Assembly (NCBI GenBank): GCA_951406725.2
Contig: OX597815.1
Coordinates: 145,514,001 to 145,578,000 of the forward strand
DNA length: 64,000 bases
Direction: 5' to 3'
Source of the DNA: Octopus vulgaris
Lineage: Eukaryota
Part shown: positions 25,003-38,948 of the stretch, piece after piece
How the letters are laid out: the number at the start of each line of letters is the position of its first letter
Numbering within the stretch: the first letter of the stretch is position 1
Notes under the pieces: model-generated
Seen by the model: the letters and a program-made list of their open reading frames with translations, nothing else
Told to the model about the DNA's origin: nothing
Database searches by the model: none
Made by a program: the position numbers and the translations under genes

Positions 25003-25171
25003 ATTGTGGTGAAAGAGTACAGCAGGGATCACCACCCCCTGCCGGAGCCTCGTAGAGCTTTTTTAGGTGTTTTCGCTCAATAAACACACACAACGCCCGG
25101 TCTGAGAATCGAAACCGCGATCCTGCGACCGCGAGTCCGCTGCCCTAACCACTAGGCCATTGCGCCTCCAC
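25003..25171 (-). mobile_element. tRNA-derived SINE 5' part (third family)
   Basis: Minus strand GGAGGCGCAATGGCCTAGTGGTTAGGGCAGCGGACTCGCG...GGTTTCGATTC; a longer copy lies at 33761-34145. Confidence 0.75.
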
Positions 25172-25401
25172 TTTCTTCTTTTACTAAAGCCATCTGAATA
25201 TGGCTAGGGACAGGGCAGGGTGGTGGGGGTGTTACTGTTGCATTTAGCCCCAGGCGAACATCGACGTCACCAGAAAGGCTCGACACCGTCACGGTGCCCT
25301 TAACCTGCAAAGGGAGGTAATTCCCCGATGAAGCGGAAACCACACACGGACCATGGTTTCAAGGTGTATTGCCTATCATCGGCGTGTGGTAGGCCTCCGC
25401 T

Positions 25402-25462
<61 letters not shown>

Positions 25463-25464
<2 letters not shown>

Positions 25465-26122
25465 TATGTTTGACTTTTGCTTTATATTTGTACAAGTTGG
25501 CTCCAAGTCTCACCCAGAGACCTCAAGAGACAACAGGGTTGGAAGTTCATGTTGTTGTTATGCCTAGTGTGCCATATATTTGGGGGGTGGGGATGTTGTA
25601 CTAATGAATGTCTAAAAAGAAAAAAAAAAGGTTTTTTTTTTTTTTTTTTTTTTTTAAACCGAAAATTATGTTTGTTTTAAACCTTGAGATTACATAGAGA
25701 GTATTTTGCGTAGGATATGAGCAGTTCCCATGAGCACTATCTTTTGAACTTCTGCCATTTTTGGGTTTCCTGGTATCTGAGTTAGGTAGCTATCAGCCCC
25801 TTTTGCTATCATTCCCAGGGCACCTATGACAACAGGTATTGTTTTAGTCTTCAGCTTCCACATTTTGCTGATTTCTATTTCAAGATCTTTATATTTGCTC
25901 AGTTTTTGGTAGGTCTTGACAGATACGTTTATATCGATTGGGACAGTCATATCAATGAGGAGGCATGTTCTTTGTTTGAAGTTTTTCAATATGATGTCTG
26001 GCCTATTTGCATCTATCTTCCTGTCAGTTTGAATGGTGAAGTTCCAGAGGAGTGAGATGTGGTCATTTTCAAGCACTGGGGGTGGTTTGTGTTCCCACCA
26101 GTTTTTTTCATGGGGCAAATCC
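25463..26122 (-). mobile_element. R4/Dong-like LINE 3' fragment (family A), uninterrupted RLE reading frame
   Basis: LWNFTIQTDRKIDANRPDIILKN...LLIDMTVP...KLSKYKDL...GTAHILRKILSM; (TAA)n on both sides. Confidence 0.9.
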
Positions 26123-26129
26123 ATTATTA

Positions 26130-26167
<38 letters not shown>

Positions 26168-26179
26168 ACAACAACAGCA

Positions 26180-26442
26180 ACCAACCTCGAGAAATATGCC
26201 AGAGAAATTTGAATTGACATGAGAACAGAGCAAGCCCCCCCCCCCAAAAAAAAAAAAAACTGGTCTGCTAGGGCTAGCTAGGATTTTGAGACTGGTACTT
26301 GGGTGTTGAATGTCTTTAATTAACCAATTATTAAAGCTTATAATTTGCGGAAAGAGACCTTGTGAGACCTCTGACAACAGGCTGCCATCCGCTCTCACAG
26401 AATTAACCAGAGCAAACAAGACCGAGCGCTCTGAGAAGTAAA
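26180..26442 (+). mobile_element. R4/Dong-like LINE 3' end (family C)
   Basis: KTGLLG.ARILRLVLG end motif; 3' UTR ...CTCTGAGAAGTAAAA + (CAA)n, matching the minus-strand copy at 32502-32845. Confidence 0.65.
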
Positions 26443-26916
26443 ACAACAACAACAACAACAACAACAACAATAGAAACAACAACAACAACAACAACAACAA
26501 CAGCAACAACAACAACAGTAACAACAACGGCAGCAGGAACAAAAACAATAGAGACCGTAAGTACTAACATACTATTTCAATTTACATGCAAGACAATTCC
26601 GAAAATTCCAGTGCTTTACATAAACTGTAAACTATTTAAATGTCAACACACACACACACGATATACCCACGTAATTACACACATAAACGCACATATATAC
26701 AAAATAAAATACACGGGAATATGTTTCTAATGCACACCGAATCAACGGTCTCAACATCAAAGCTGATGCCCGACATTCAAGATATGTAAGCCAAGTTTTC
26801 ATTATGTCATATTCTATTGCAGTTCTATATTTAAGAGATAGGGAATTATTCACATCATTTACATTATTTACATCATTTACATTTGACGGATATTTTCCTC
26901 ATCTTGTCTGTTGTTA

Positions 26917-26960
26917 ACACAACGTTTCGACTGATATATCCTCCAGCCTTCTTCAGGTGT
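26917..26960 (-). ncRNA. Minimal type I hammerhead ribozyme motif
   Basis: Minus strand ACAC-CTGAAGA-aGGCTG gaggatatat CAGTC-GAAA-CG-TT-GTGT. Confidence 0.75.
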
Positions 26961-27054
26961 CTTGGGGGAAATTTCGAACCTGGGGTCTCATTCCTAAGGT
27001 ATTTTTCGATGTTACAACAAGAACAAGAACAAGAACAACTACAACAGCAGCAGC

Positions 27055-27126
<72 letters not shown>

Positions 27127-27181
27127 AATAACATAAAAAAATACCTTAATAATGAGAACCCAGGTTCAAAATTTCCCCAAG

Positions 27182-27225
27182 ATACCTGATGAAGGCTGGA
27201 GGGTATATCAGCCGAAACGTTGTGT
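27182..27225 (+). ncRNA. Minimal type I hammerhead ribozyme motif
   Basis: ATAC-CTGATGA-aGGCTG gagggtatat CAGCC-GAAA-CG-TT-GTGT; complete core, palindromic AACGTT in place of stem III. Confidence 0.8.
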
Positions 27226-27417
27226 TAACAACAAACAAAATAAGTCAAATATCCGTCAAATGTAAATAATGTAAATAATGGTCATATCCTATTATCTGCA
27301 AAAATGAAAGTGATAAATAAAGCCCTCGATGTACATAAAAATAGAATGGTCAGATTTGAATGCCTTTGATTATCGCCCTGCTTAATCCGGATTGACTTTG
27401 GGTTAAACAGCAACAGC

Positions 27418-27481
<64 letters not shown>

Positions 27482-27482
27482 C

Positions 27483-27527
<45 letters not shown>

Positions 27528-27547
27528 GCAACAACCACAACAACAGC

Positions 27548-27590
<43 letters not shown>

Positions 27591-27915
27591 CTAACCTTTT
27601 TATCGACTGGTGGATGCATTGTGTCTCTCCTCAAGACACAACTCCCACCAGTTGCGAAGTGTAGTAAAGACCATAGGGACAAGAAGCGGGTACAATGAAT
27701 AACTGATGAGTGTTTCGTTGGCTTGCAGAGGTTAAAATTACATTCGATGGTATGGTATGAGGTACAAGGCAAAAAAAAGAGAGTTCTGCCTCTTGTATAA
27801 TGTCATAGAAACAGAAAAAAAATTGTCGAACTTTTTGCGTCTATAAAAGAAGGTATGCTCAACCGTACCCGCAATTTTTACATATGCAGTCATATGCAGT
27901 CATATGCAGTCATAT

Positions 27916-27980
<65 letters not shown>

Positions 27981-28136
27981 TACATTGAAATATAGTGTTG
28001 CATCGTTCATGGTGTTACATCATTCGATCCATGGATTTTTAGTTCCCAGTAGAATTGGAACAATATTCTGGAGTTTTCTCAGTGCCTGACCAGAAGGCAT
28101 CAAGATGTAGCAATTATTAAATGTTTTCTCTCTAAG

Positions 28137-28300
28137 AGGCGTAGGAGTGGCTGTGCGGTAAGTAGCTTGCTTACGAACCACATGGTTTCGGGTTCAGTCC
28201 CACTGCGTGGCACCTTGAGCAAGTGTCTTCTGCTATAGCCTCGGGCCGATCAAAACCTTGTGAGTGGATTTAGTAGACGGAAACTGAAAGAAGGCCGTCG

Positions 28301-28374
<74 letters not shown>

Positions 28375-28594
28375 GCGTGTGTGTGTGTGTGTGTGTGTTT
28401 GTGTGTGTGTATATGTTTGTGTCTGTGTTTGTCCCCCCAACATCGCTTGACAACCGATGCTCGTGTGTTTACGTTCCCGTAACTTAGCGGTCGGGCAAAA
28501 GAGAACGATAGAATAAGAACTGGGTTCGATTTGCTCGACTAAAGGTGGTGCTCTAGCATAGTCACAGTCAAATGACTGAAACAAGTAAAAAGAG
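28137..28594 (+). mobile_element. tRNA-derived CORE-type SINE
   Basis: Full-length homologue of 14603-14987. Confidence 0.85.
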
Positions 28595-28877
28595 TAGGTC
28601 CTACCTCGTTCTTTTCAATATCGTCACTTTGTGTTAATAATACTTAAAAAAGGATGTCACGATATCTGGGACACTAAAAATCTGCAAGACCTTAAGATTT
28701 AAAAGATAATGAACAAAACAAAATGCTTTCCTTCACAACTTTGCTACCAGGAAGATGGCCGGTCAAAATTCACTCTAAATTAAAAAGAGAAAGAGAACAC
28801 TCACGCGCACACACACGTACATACATACATACATAAATATATATATACATATACATACATGCTTATATATATATATA

Positions 28878-29026
<149 letters not shown>

Positions 29027-29503
29027 GGTTATATTTACATGCCGAAATCTACCAGTAAATAATTGTATATTACTAATTGGAATTTTCACTCCCTTACGAC
29101 AACCCATAGTTTCCACCCCTAAGGAACTATCTTTGGTAAAATTTTGGGAGGGAAAATTTACGGATTCAATTGTCTATATAGGTTTAGCCTATGCTCGCTT
29201 TCTTCCACTATTTTGATGTCGCCTGATCAGAGGTGGAGGTACGTAGCATTTGATAAATCTATGGCAGGTTGCGCCGATGAAAGACATGAAATATATTTTC
29301 ATATTTCTAATCTAGAAACATGTTCGCAGATAACTGTTAGGCTTTGTTTTCGTTTTTTATTCCTTCTGTTTTGCATATGTGAATTGTAGGGATATGTCAC
29401 ATGTGGAGTCCCATATGTAGAAAATAGAAATAAACAGTCTCCGACTGCTACTTCTAATTTTTTCGGTATGCGGCTAAGCAACCTGTTGCCTGCCCCTTCT
29501 ATC

Positions 29504-29564
<61 letters not shown>

Positions 29565-30564
29565 GTGTATATATATATTATACACACGCATACACACAAA
29601 TGTGTTAGAGAAGCAGACCCATGGACATATAGGAACGCACTCACAAATACACGCGCAGACAAACGCAGACTCACAAATATACATCTATATTCACACATGC
29701 GGAAACAGCCCCTGGCATTCTTAGTCACCTGCGCAGTGTAGGTAATCTAATTTTGTTGGTGATACATAAACAGAAACGTGTATTAAATTTGATAATCAAA
29801 TTTTTATGTACACATATGATATTTATGTAGTATATATTGTTAACCTACTTGTAAAACCTACTTCGAAGAGACAAGTTAAATCCTTCATCGTTAAAATTTG
29901 TAGCGTCTAAGTTGGAGACACAAACCGAATTTTATTTCGACGAAATAAAAAAATACAAAGAAACTGGCAAGAAACAGCTTACGAAAAGAAAGAGTAGCCA
30001 TCTTTGTTATTGATTTAATGTAATCTCTTCATCACTGTGGTCAACAGATTTAATGGTCATTACTATCTTCGTCACTACAGCTGTCTCTAATGTTATTGGC
30101 ATCACCATTATTTAACTACCTCTTCCTTCTACCTCTTCACCTCTGCACATCCGCTCTCATCCCCGTCATCATAATTATAATGATAACCGTGATGGTGACG
30201 ATGACCATCATTCATTATTCATCGTTGTGTTCGTTTGTATGGCCTGCCTATCTTCGTCGTCATAACCATCTTCCTCTCCATCACCACCACCAGCACCGTT
30301 TGCACGTTTTATAACCATCGTCATTGTAATGATCACCGTCGTGGATTAACAGATACTTTACAACGCCGGAAAGCAACAATAAAAAGCTAATGAAGGACAG
30401 CTTATGATATACGTAGGTCAACTTTACCTTTTCATCTTTCCAGGTTAGGCAAATAAAAAACTATCAATAAATCTCTGGTTCGATACAATCGATAGATCAC
30501 TCTCGCCAACAAAACAATAATTCGAAAACACATACCTCTGACACAAATTGTCATTATTATTATC

Positions 30565-30606
<42 letters not shown>

Positions 30607-30647
30607 GTTGTTGTTGTTGTTGTTGTTGTTATTATTGTTGTTATTAA

Positions 30648-30737
<90 letters not shown>

Positions 30738-30741
<4 letters not shown>

Positions 30742-31360
30742 TAGTTTTATTTTTATAGCATGCTTTCACTTCACTACCGAGCGCAGCTCTGTGTGCCTTA
30801 GGTATGTGCTGTGATTTGTTGTGATGCTCTGATGGTTATTGTATGGAAAGTGTTCTGCGTAGGATGTGTGCAGTGCCTAGTAGTGCAATTTTCTGTATGT
30901 TATATGTGTTTGTACATTTTTGGGGTAGAGCACTACTGTGAAGTATGCGTGTAGGATAGAAATGTATTCCTCACGTGTCCATTTATGTCTTTTGGGTTTT
31001 ATCTGCGGGACATGAGGAATAACGTCCGGCCCATTATTTTGACGGTCGTCACTTTCGTAGGGTACCGGTCCGTTCATTTCTGTTGTCACATTGTTTTGCA
31101 CGTGTAGTTTTTCGTACATTTTCTGTTGTAAGTTTAAGGTACGTACCTCCCGATTGTTATTCTTGGGTTGAATAATATCGGTGGAATTTAATTTCTTCGT
31201 AGTTCCTTTGTATATGGTGTTTGGGGTCGGGGATGATCTGGTGTTGATTGATCGTAATGTTCCACGCATGTTTACATGTGTTGTGTTAGAGGTGGAGATG
31301 ATATCGAATCAAAATACATCATTTCGTTTCGAAAATAGTAATAAATTTTAATGAGCATTA
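30738..31360 (-). mobile_element. Internally deleted R4/Dong-like element (family B): N-terminal region joined to 3' end
   Basis: ORF 30877-31269 has KRHKWTREEYISILHAY (N-terminal motif of R4-type ORFs), joined near 30915 to ...IQKIALLGTAHILRRTLS and the family B 3' UTR + (TAA)n. Confidence 0.65.
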
Positions 31361-31389
31361 CTTACTCGGGTACAGTCCAATCCTTTGTT

Positions 31390-31568
31390 AGTAAATCTTT
31401 GGTTTCATACGATGTCCTTGTTTTCCTTTATATTCCTCTTGATGTCTTCTAATACTGTTCCCAAGGACCCAACAATAATTGGCACTATCTTCGCCTTCTT
31501 CATTTTCCATAGCCGGGCTATTTCGTACTTAAGAAGTTTGCATTTATCTATTTTCGCCTCCCTTCTTG
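31390..31568 (-). mobile_element. R4/Dong-like RLE fragment (family D-like)
   Basis: Minus strand KIDKCKLLKYEIARLWKMKKAKIVPIIVGSLGTV. Confidence 0.7.
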
Positions 31569-31570
31569 GC

Positions 31571-31646
<76 letters not shown>

Positions 31647-31656
31647 GTTATTATTA

Positions 31657-31732
<76 letters not shown>

Positions 31733-31739
31733 CGTTATT

Positions 31740-31820
<81 letters not shown>

Positions 31821-32360
31821 GAGTGAGAGAACAGTGCATGCCATCAAAGTGACACTGGGGTAAAATATACAAAGCCCAGTATACCCATCATGACTAACCG
31901 TCTGATAAGGGTACACTAGGTACATGCATCACAACCATATATGTGCGACATGGTGATCTCATATCAAGATAAACAGCACTTGACCTTGCAGGTGGGGCCC
32001 AGTTAGAATTTTCTTCTGGCTGAGTAGCCCATCCCGCTCAAAGGTCCCTGAATAAGGATTGTTTAAGGAAGTTGACCGAACCATCCATGTTTCCAAAGGC
32101 GAATTATCGAAACCTCCAAAAATTCCTTTCAACACACGGCTATGATGCTCCCCAACTACTTCTGTTCATGATCAGAAATGCACATACCATCAGCCCCTAA
32201 GAGTCATGGTCAACTGGTTACGGTTAAACAACTGACAAGCAAATCTGTGGTATTGAGCAGAATATTAGATGTAGCCCATCTTTTATGCCAAAACAAAGCA
32301 ATATACATGATAACACTTCCATTCAGTTAAGATCAGCAGCTATGAGATCCACTGCCTGGT
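31821..32360 (-). mobile_element. About 570 bp non-coding repeat, copy 2
   Basis: Reverse complement of 19161-19731, flanked by (TTA)n on both sides. Confidence 0.85.
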
Positions 32361-32361
32361 A

Positions 32362-32845
<484 letters not shown>

Positions 32846-33181
32846 CAGGATATGTAATAAAACTCAGGTTCAAAATAAGACAAAAAAAAAAAATGAAAAA
32901 TACGCGGAAATGCTGAAATATAAAATATCAGTTGGACTTTCTTGTATTCCTTCCGAGACTAAAAAGATATCAGTTTCTTTGTAACTGGTTAAAACAAAAA
33001 GAAAAAAAAATGATATAAATTTGATAGAACTCTCTTGTCCTTTTGTTCACCATTCCAGGACGCATCTCTTTACATTTACTATTAATTTTCCTTTGTTATC
33101 TCTTCGTTTAACAATCTCTGCCATGTCAACTATATACCTGCAGTAGGTCTTGTCATATAACGGTGACATTTCATAGTATAA

Positions 33182-33462
33182 TCTCTCTATATATAAACGG
33201 CAGTTTGTCTGTGCGTGTTTCTGTGTGTCTGTTTGCTTGTACCCTCACCCTGACCACGGCTTTCAACCGATTCTGATGAAACTTGACACACACATAGCCC
33301 AATGTCATAATTCAAAACTAACGCAGCCAAAATTTTGAAAAGTTTCCTCAGTTCTGAAAAAAATCGATAAATTCGACATGGGGTCGAGAATCAGAAACAC
33401 GAACCACAAACTGTCTAGGGGACGCAACTCCAAACCTGAGCAACGCCGGGCGATACTGCTAG
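33182..33462 (+). mobile_element. Non-autonomous Helitron
   Basis: Starts TCTCTCTATATATAAA after an A; ends with the imperfect hairpin CCTGAGCAACGCCGGG (33435-33450) and CTAG, followed by T; no TSD. Confidence 0.85.
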
Positions 33463-33760
33463 TGTGCCTATAAAAATGTATTAAATTAGACACAGTATTT
33501 AGAAACAAAGAGTTAAACAATCCTTTCTACTGGAGGAGGAGGAGGAGGAGGAGGAGTTAAGTCGAATACATCGACTCCGAAAGGATGAAAGACAAAGCCG
33601 ACTTCGGCGGAATTTGAAAATAGAGGCGTAAAGTCGGATAAAATGTTGCTAAGCATTTTGTCCGGTGTGCTAATTATACTGCTAGTTCACTGTCTTAGCA
33701 AAGATAAAAGTATAAAAGAAGGATTCATAAAAGAAGAGAATTCAGTGCTAATTGTTTGGT

Positions 33761-34145
33761 ATACGTGGCACTCCGTCGGTTGCGACGACGAGGGTTCCAG
33801 TTGATCCGATCAACGGAACAGCTTGCTCGTGAAATTAACGTGCAAGTGGTTGAATACCCCACAGACACGTGTACCCTTAACGTAGTTCTCAGGGAGATTC
33901 CGTATGACACAAAGTGTGACATGGTCGGCCCTTTGAAATACAGGTACAACAGAAACAGGAAGAAAGAGTGAGAGAAAGTTGTGGTGAAAGAATACAGCAG
34001 GGTTCGCCACCACCCCCTGCCGGAGTCTCGTGGAGATTTAGGTGTTATCGCTCAATAAACACTCAGAATACCCGGACTGGGAATCGAAACCGCGATCCTA
34101 CGACCGCTAGACCGCTGCCCTAACCGCTGGGCCATTGCACCTCCA
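33761..34145 (-). mobile_element. tRNA-derived SINE (third family), long copy
   Basis: tRNA-like head GGAGGTGCAATGGCCCAGCGGTTAGGGCAGCGG...GGTTTCGATTCCC on minus; flanked by ~40-50 bp direct repeats. Confidence 0.8.
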
Positions 34146-34229
34146 ATAGTAATAAAGTACAAAACGATTCATAAAAGAAGAGAATTCAGTATTAATTGTT
34201 TGGTGTTACAAGAACAAAAAGAAATTACG

Positions 34230-34445
34230 TCGTATGTGAGTCGTGCTATTGAGAATGATTTTTTAAAACTTCATAACTGTTGAGTTTACAGGGATTTTCC
34301 CAAAGAAACTCATTTACCCGCTTCTTTATGACTCCAAGTGTACCAGCTACAGCTGGGTTTATTTGAGTTTCTAATGGTCGTATTCTACTTATCTCAATTT
34401 CTGAGTCTTTGTACTTCGCAAATTTGTCATGCCGACTGACATGGT
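34230..34445 (-). mobile_element. Old R4/Dong-like RLE fragment
   Basis: DKFAKYKDSEIEISRI...INPAVAGTLGVIKK. Confidence 0.6.
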
Positions 34446-34469
34446 ACACTTGTACACTCTATATAAAAT

Positions 34470-34870
34470 ATTCTTTTCTACTCTAGGCACAAGGTCCGAA
34501 ATATTTGGGGAAGGGACTAGTCGATTAGATTAACCCCAGTACGCAACTAATACTTAATTTATCGACCCCGAAGGAATGAACGGCAAAGTCGACCTCCGCG
34601 GAATTTGAACCCAGAACGTAGCGGCAGATGAAATGCCTATTTCTTTACTACACACAAGGGGCTAAACACAAAGAGGACAAACAAGGACAGACAAACTGAT
34701 TAAGTCGATTATATAGACCCCAGTGCATAACTGGTACTTATTTAATCGACCCCGAAAGGATGAAAGGCAAAGTCGACCTCGGCGGAATTTGAACTCAGAG
34801 CGTAACGGCAGCCGAAATACGGCAACGCATTTCGCCCGGGGTGCTAACGTCTCTGCCAGCTCGCCGCCTT
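34470..34870 (-). mobile_element. Two tandem Deu/Nin-like tRNA SINEs
   Basis: Head GGCGGCGAGCTGGCAGAGACGTTAGCACCCCGGGCGAAATGC on minus; central domain as at 23281-23513. Confidence 0.85.
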
Positions 34871-35514
34871 TCTATATAAAATATTCAGCTGTATTTATTT
34901 ATACCTCTCTACGCTTTGTGTTCACATCCTTATGAGGCTGACTGTGACTCTTCATCATTCTGGGATTAATAAAATGGATTTCTTGTCCCATTCTGGACTA
35001 GATATATCCACTAAGCCCACTCGCACAAAAATGTGGTCATCTTCCTATTTTAGAAAGAAGATGAATTATTAAGGGAAGCGGTGTTATGACGGTAAAAGTA
35101 AGGAACTGCCGATGCTTCTGCTTTATCATCTCTCCACACATTACTGACCATCCATCTGTTGCCGATGTTGCATTCATTCTTTACCAGTGACCGATATTGT
35201 CCAACATCCCTGGGTTGATAATTATTAAAAATGTAAAAGTCAAATGTAACTTAACACAATTTTATATCTGTATCGATTAAGGGTGAGATAGAAAGCTGGA
35301 CAAGTTAATATACTGAATTTAAATTCTGCCCAAGACTTGAGTTATTCTACTAGCGTCCCACGGTCGACTATATACCTACCTGTTAAGTAATGAGCCTGTT
35401 CTCTCTCCATTAAGATCATGATCCTGAGTTCATATCATAGAAGAAAATGTATTTGGAATTACTCTAAATTTAGAAAAGAACAAAAAAAAAACAAAAAACA
35501 AACTGCAATATTAT

Positions 35515-35660
35515 AGGCGCAGGCGTGGCTGTGTGGTAAGAAGCTTGCTTCTCAATCGCATGGCTCCGGGTTCACACCCACGGCGTCGCACCTCGGGCAA
35601 ATGTCTTCTACTATAGCCCCGGGCTGACAAAAGTGGCCAGTGGGTTTGTTAGACGGAAAC
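35515..35660 (+). mobile_element. CORE-type SINE 5' half
   Basis: AGGCGCAGGCGTGGCTGTGTGGTAAGAAGCTTGCTT...GGGCAAATGTCTTCTACTATAGCCCCGGG. Confidence 0.8.
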
Positions 35661-36399
35661 TTCTCACACTTCCCCTGCTGCTGATGATGATGATGCTACC
35701 CCTCCTTCTCTTCCTCTGCCTCCTTACCTCCACCTCCTCCTCTTCGTCGTCGTCATCATCATCATCATCATCATCATCACCATCATCATCATCATGATCT
35801 TCATCGTCAACAACAATGTCAGCAACAACACCGCGATCATCACATACTCGGAACTTATTCACTTCAAATTTGCAAAAACAATATTCATGATGATTATTGA
35901 GTATTCTACACAATTGTTTAGGAGTGAGATTGTAGTTAATTTCATTAAATAAAGATCTTGGAGAACGGACGGGATTGTGACAGAAGGCCGTTGTTGCACT
36001 TCTCATTTCTCGAATTTCGATATGGACACATACATATTTAACGTCTCTATGTACTCAGCTGGTGAGTTTCCGAATGTTACTGCCATCATCGCTGATACCC
36101 TCTCCTGCCGCTGTTGCTACCATCGCCATCATTCATTACCGGTGGCCGTGAGAGCCTCACGCTCCTTGGATGGAACTAGCAAAAAATGTCAAAGAGTAAG
36201 TCCAGTCTTGCGTTATTTTATTTCGGCATCGTGTGAGGAGCGATGTAAACATATCTTGGTGAGCTGCAAAAAATGAGTAATTGATCTTATCGATTCTAAT
36301 TACAAATTATTGAAAAGGGTGACGTGAGTCTAATTTCCAGGAATACATAAAAACAGGATCTTGCCTATTCATTTATTCCAAAGCCACACTGTGTTGTTT

Positions 36400-37270
36400 G
36401 TTAAGTAATTAAGTATTTGACCCATAGTTTTATCAAATTTGGGAGACGATGTTAAAGAGCAGTACTGTAAGCTGCTGTACAGGTGATCCATCTTTTCTTG
36501 CCAACGGTGAGGTTGTATAAGCATGAAAGATGTTTGAGATTATTGTCGTATGAGTTTATTTACTTGGAAATGTTAGTAACGAAATGCTACTGCTAACCAA
36601 TGTTTGGGCATGAACAAAATTTAGGTCAGCAGAAATATGTCAGTGACATATTTCAACAGCTAAAAGACGAATATACTGCAGTTACCTTGGAGAAAATATC
36701 TCTGTAATGGTAAAAGGTGTGAATCTCAGACATCGATATTTCGAGTTTATTGACTCTTGTCAATGGGATTTACCTAAGAGAGGTAACTCTGAACAAACAT
36801 ATAAAGCAATAGCTTTATATAAAATTCAATCAACACGTCGACCTATTTGCACAGGTAGATCGCTTGCTCGAGGAAAATAAGGAAATATTTTGGTATACTG
36901 CCGCAATTGCTAAAATGTTTGAGCACACTCCGTAGTAAAGTTTAGTATGAAAAATAAATACTTTTGGTACATCAGCAATGTTTCGTAACAAAATTAACGA
37001 TGAAAATCACGTCAAATATTCAAATCAGTGTATCTGATTTAGTTGCAAGCGTAATAAAAGAATTTAAATACAATTTCACAGTGGCAGTTCATGTAGGGAA
37101 GCAACTGCCGTCGTAAGTATAATGATACTTGAAATAGCATCATCCCGTTGACATCTCTTTTCCTGTTTGCGGTGAAGTTATTAAACAGAGCAGACATTTG
37201 GTGTTGTTCTTGTATCTTATGACTCTATTTGAATTATTAATGCAATGACAACTAAAATCTACAGATATAC
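36400..37270 (+). pseudogene. Possible highly decayed hAT (Buster/GTF2IRD2-like) transposase
   Basis: Only scattered fragments (KLLY near 36470, YVSDIFQQL near 36635, AVKLL near 37170) in the expected order; no open frame. Confidence 0.3.
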
Positions 37271-37752
37271 CATAGAGTATTTTGTCCAATTTTCAAATAA
37301 TTCGGTTAGGATTTTAAACTTTGGCACAGAATCGCGTACATAACTAGAAGGAGTTTGGTTGACTAAATAAACCTACTCAACGTCAAATTTTATCCACCTC
37401 CTTCGAATAATTGGTAACTTTTTCGTTGGTGCCCCTTACGTTAAGATTCAATTTGCTAGAAATAACAGCTGAATTTTTGACTCGAGCCGCCTCCTCTTCA
37501 GGAAGAAAAGCGAAGACATTAGACAATGTAATTTTGGTGTCAGTGTCTGAAAGCGCATTGCACAGAGGAATGGTCATGACTGGGATGTCTTTGATCATAG
37601 GTCAGCTTGTTCAAAGCTGACTGGGAGCTAAAAACTAACAACATTAGTGCCAATAACAAAAATAACAATCCTAGAATTTCAAAGGACATGGTCAGGTTTT
37701 CATTCAGTAATACGTTGCAGCAGCAGCAGTAATAATAATAATAATGATGATG

Positions 37753-37810
<58 letters not shown>

Positions 37811-37819
37811 TGATAATAA

Positions 37820-38060
37820 TATCCCAGGAAAACCATGTCACAGGGAATTCCAAAAGTTTGTGCTGACAAGTACTGCCCACATCCTTAGAAAGACCTTATC
37901 AATTTAAATGTGTCCTGTATTACATGAAGATGTTTCGCTACTGTCTCATCCCCTCCCCAAGCTTTCAGGTCATACTGTAACATCTCTTACCTTTCATTCG
38001 CCCTAGGACGCTGGGTGCGTCTCGCTAAGTGACTGTAGCAAACATGCAGATTAAAAGTAG

Positions 38061-38062
<2 letters not shown>
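37820..38062 (+). mobile_element. R4/Dong-like LINE 3' end between (TAA)n tracts
   Basis: IPGKPCHREFQKFVLTSTAHILRKTLSI*, then a UTR into (TAA)n. Confidence 0.7.
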
Positions 38063-38116
<54 letters not shown>

Positions 38117-38129
38117 GATGATGATATAA

Positions 38130-38332
38130 TCCTTTCTACTAAAAGTACAAGGCCTGAAATTTGGAGGATAGCCGAACACATCGAGCTATCCTAGTACTTA
38201 TTTTATCGACTCTGAAAGGATGAAAGGCAAGGTCGACCGCGGCCGAATTTGCACTCTGAATATAAAGACGGACGAAATGCCGCTAAGCATTTTGTCCGTT
38301 GTGCTAACGATTCTACCAGTTCGCTGCCTTCA

Positions 38333-38388
<56 letters not shown>

Positions 38389-38656
38389 ATAATAATAATA
38401 ATAATAATAATAATAGTAATAATAATAATAATAATAATCTGCCCATATCCTACGTAAAATACTGTCTATGTAATCTCATTCTAAAACAAAATTATAAATT
38501 TCTTGTTACCTTAACAATATTATGTGCAAATCCAAATATAAGACACCCTAGGCATAACGCCAGCATGAACTTCTAACTTGTTGTCTCTTGAGGTCTCTGG
38601 GTGAGACTTGGAGTCAACTTGTACAAATACAAAGCAAAAGTCAAACATATAATAAC

Positions 38657-38701
<45 letters not shown>

Positions 38702-38948
38702 TACTATTATTATTATTATTATTATTATCATTACTTCTTAAGGCTGCGAGCTGGCAGAAACGCTAAAACACTGGGCGAAATGCTTAGCGGTATTTTATCT
38801 ATCTCTACGTTCTGAGTTCAAACCCCGCATGGTCGACTTTGCCTTTCATCCTTTCGGGGTCGATAAATTAAGTAACTGTTGCGTACTGGGGTCGATCTAA
38901 TCAACAGGCCCCTCCCCCAAAATTTCGGGCGTTGTACCAAGAGTAGAA

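Larger units (their letters stand above)
26821..27280. mobile_element. Inverted pair of hammerhead-bearing arms around (CAA)n (Penelope pLTR-like)
   Basis: About 26857-27013 is the reverse complement of 27130-27280; each arm carries an HHR core. Confidence 0.85.

Noticed and set aside
25100-25171. tRNA gene candidate (also 34075-34145 and 22195-22272)
   Set aside because: No convincing acceptor stem and continues into repeat bodies; these are SINE heads, not tRNA genes.
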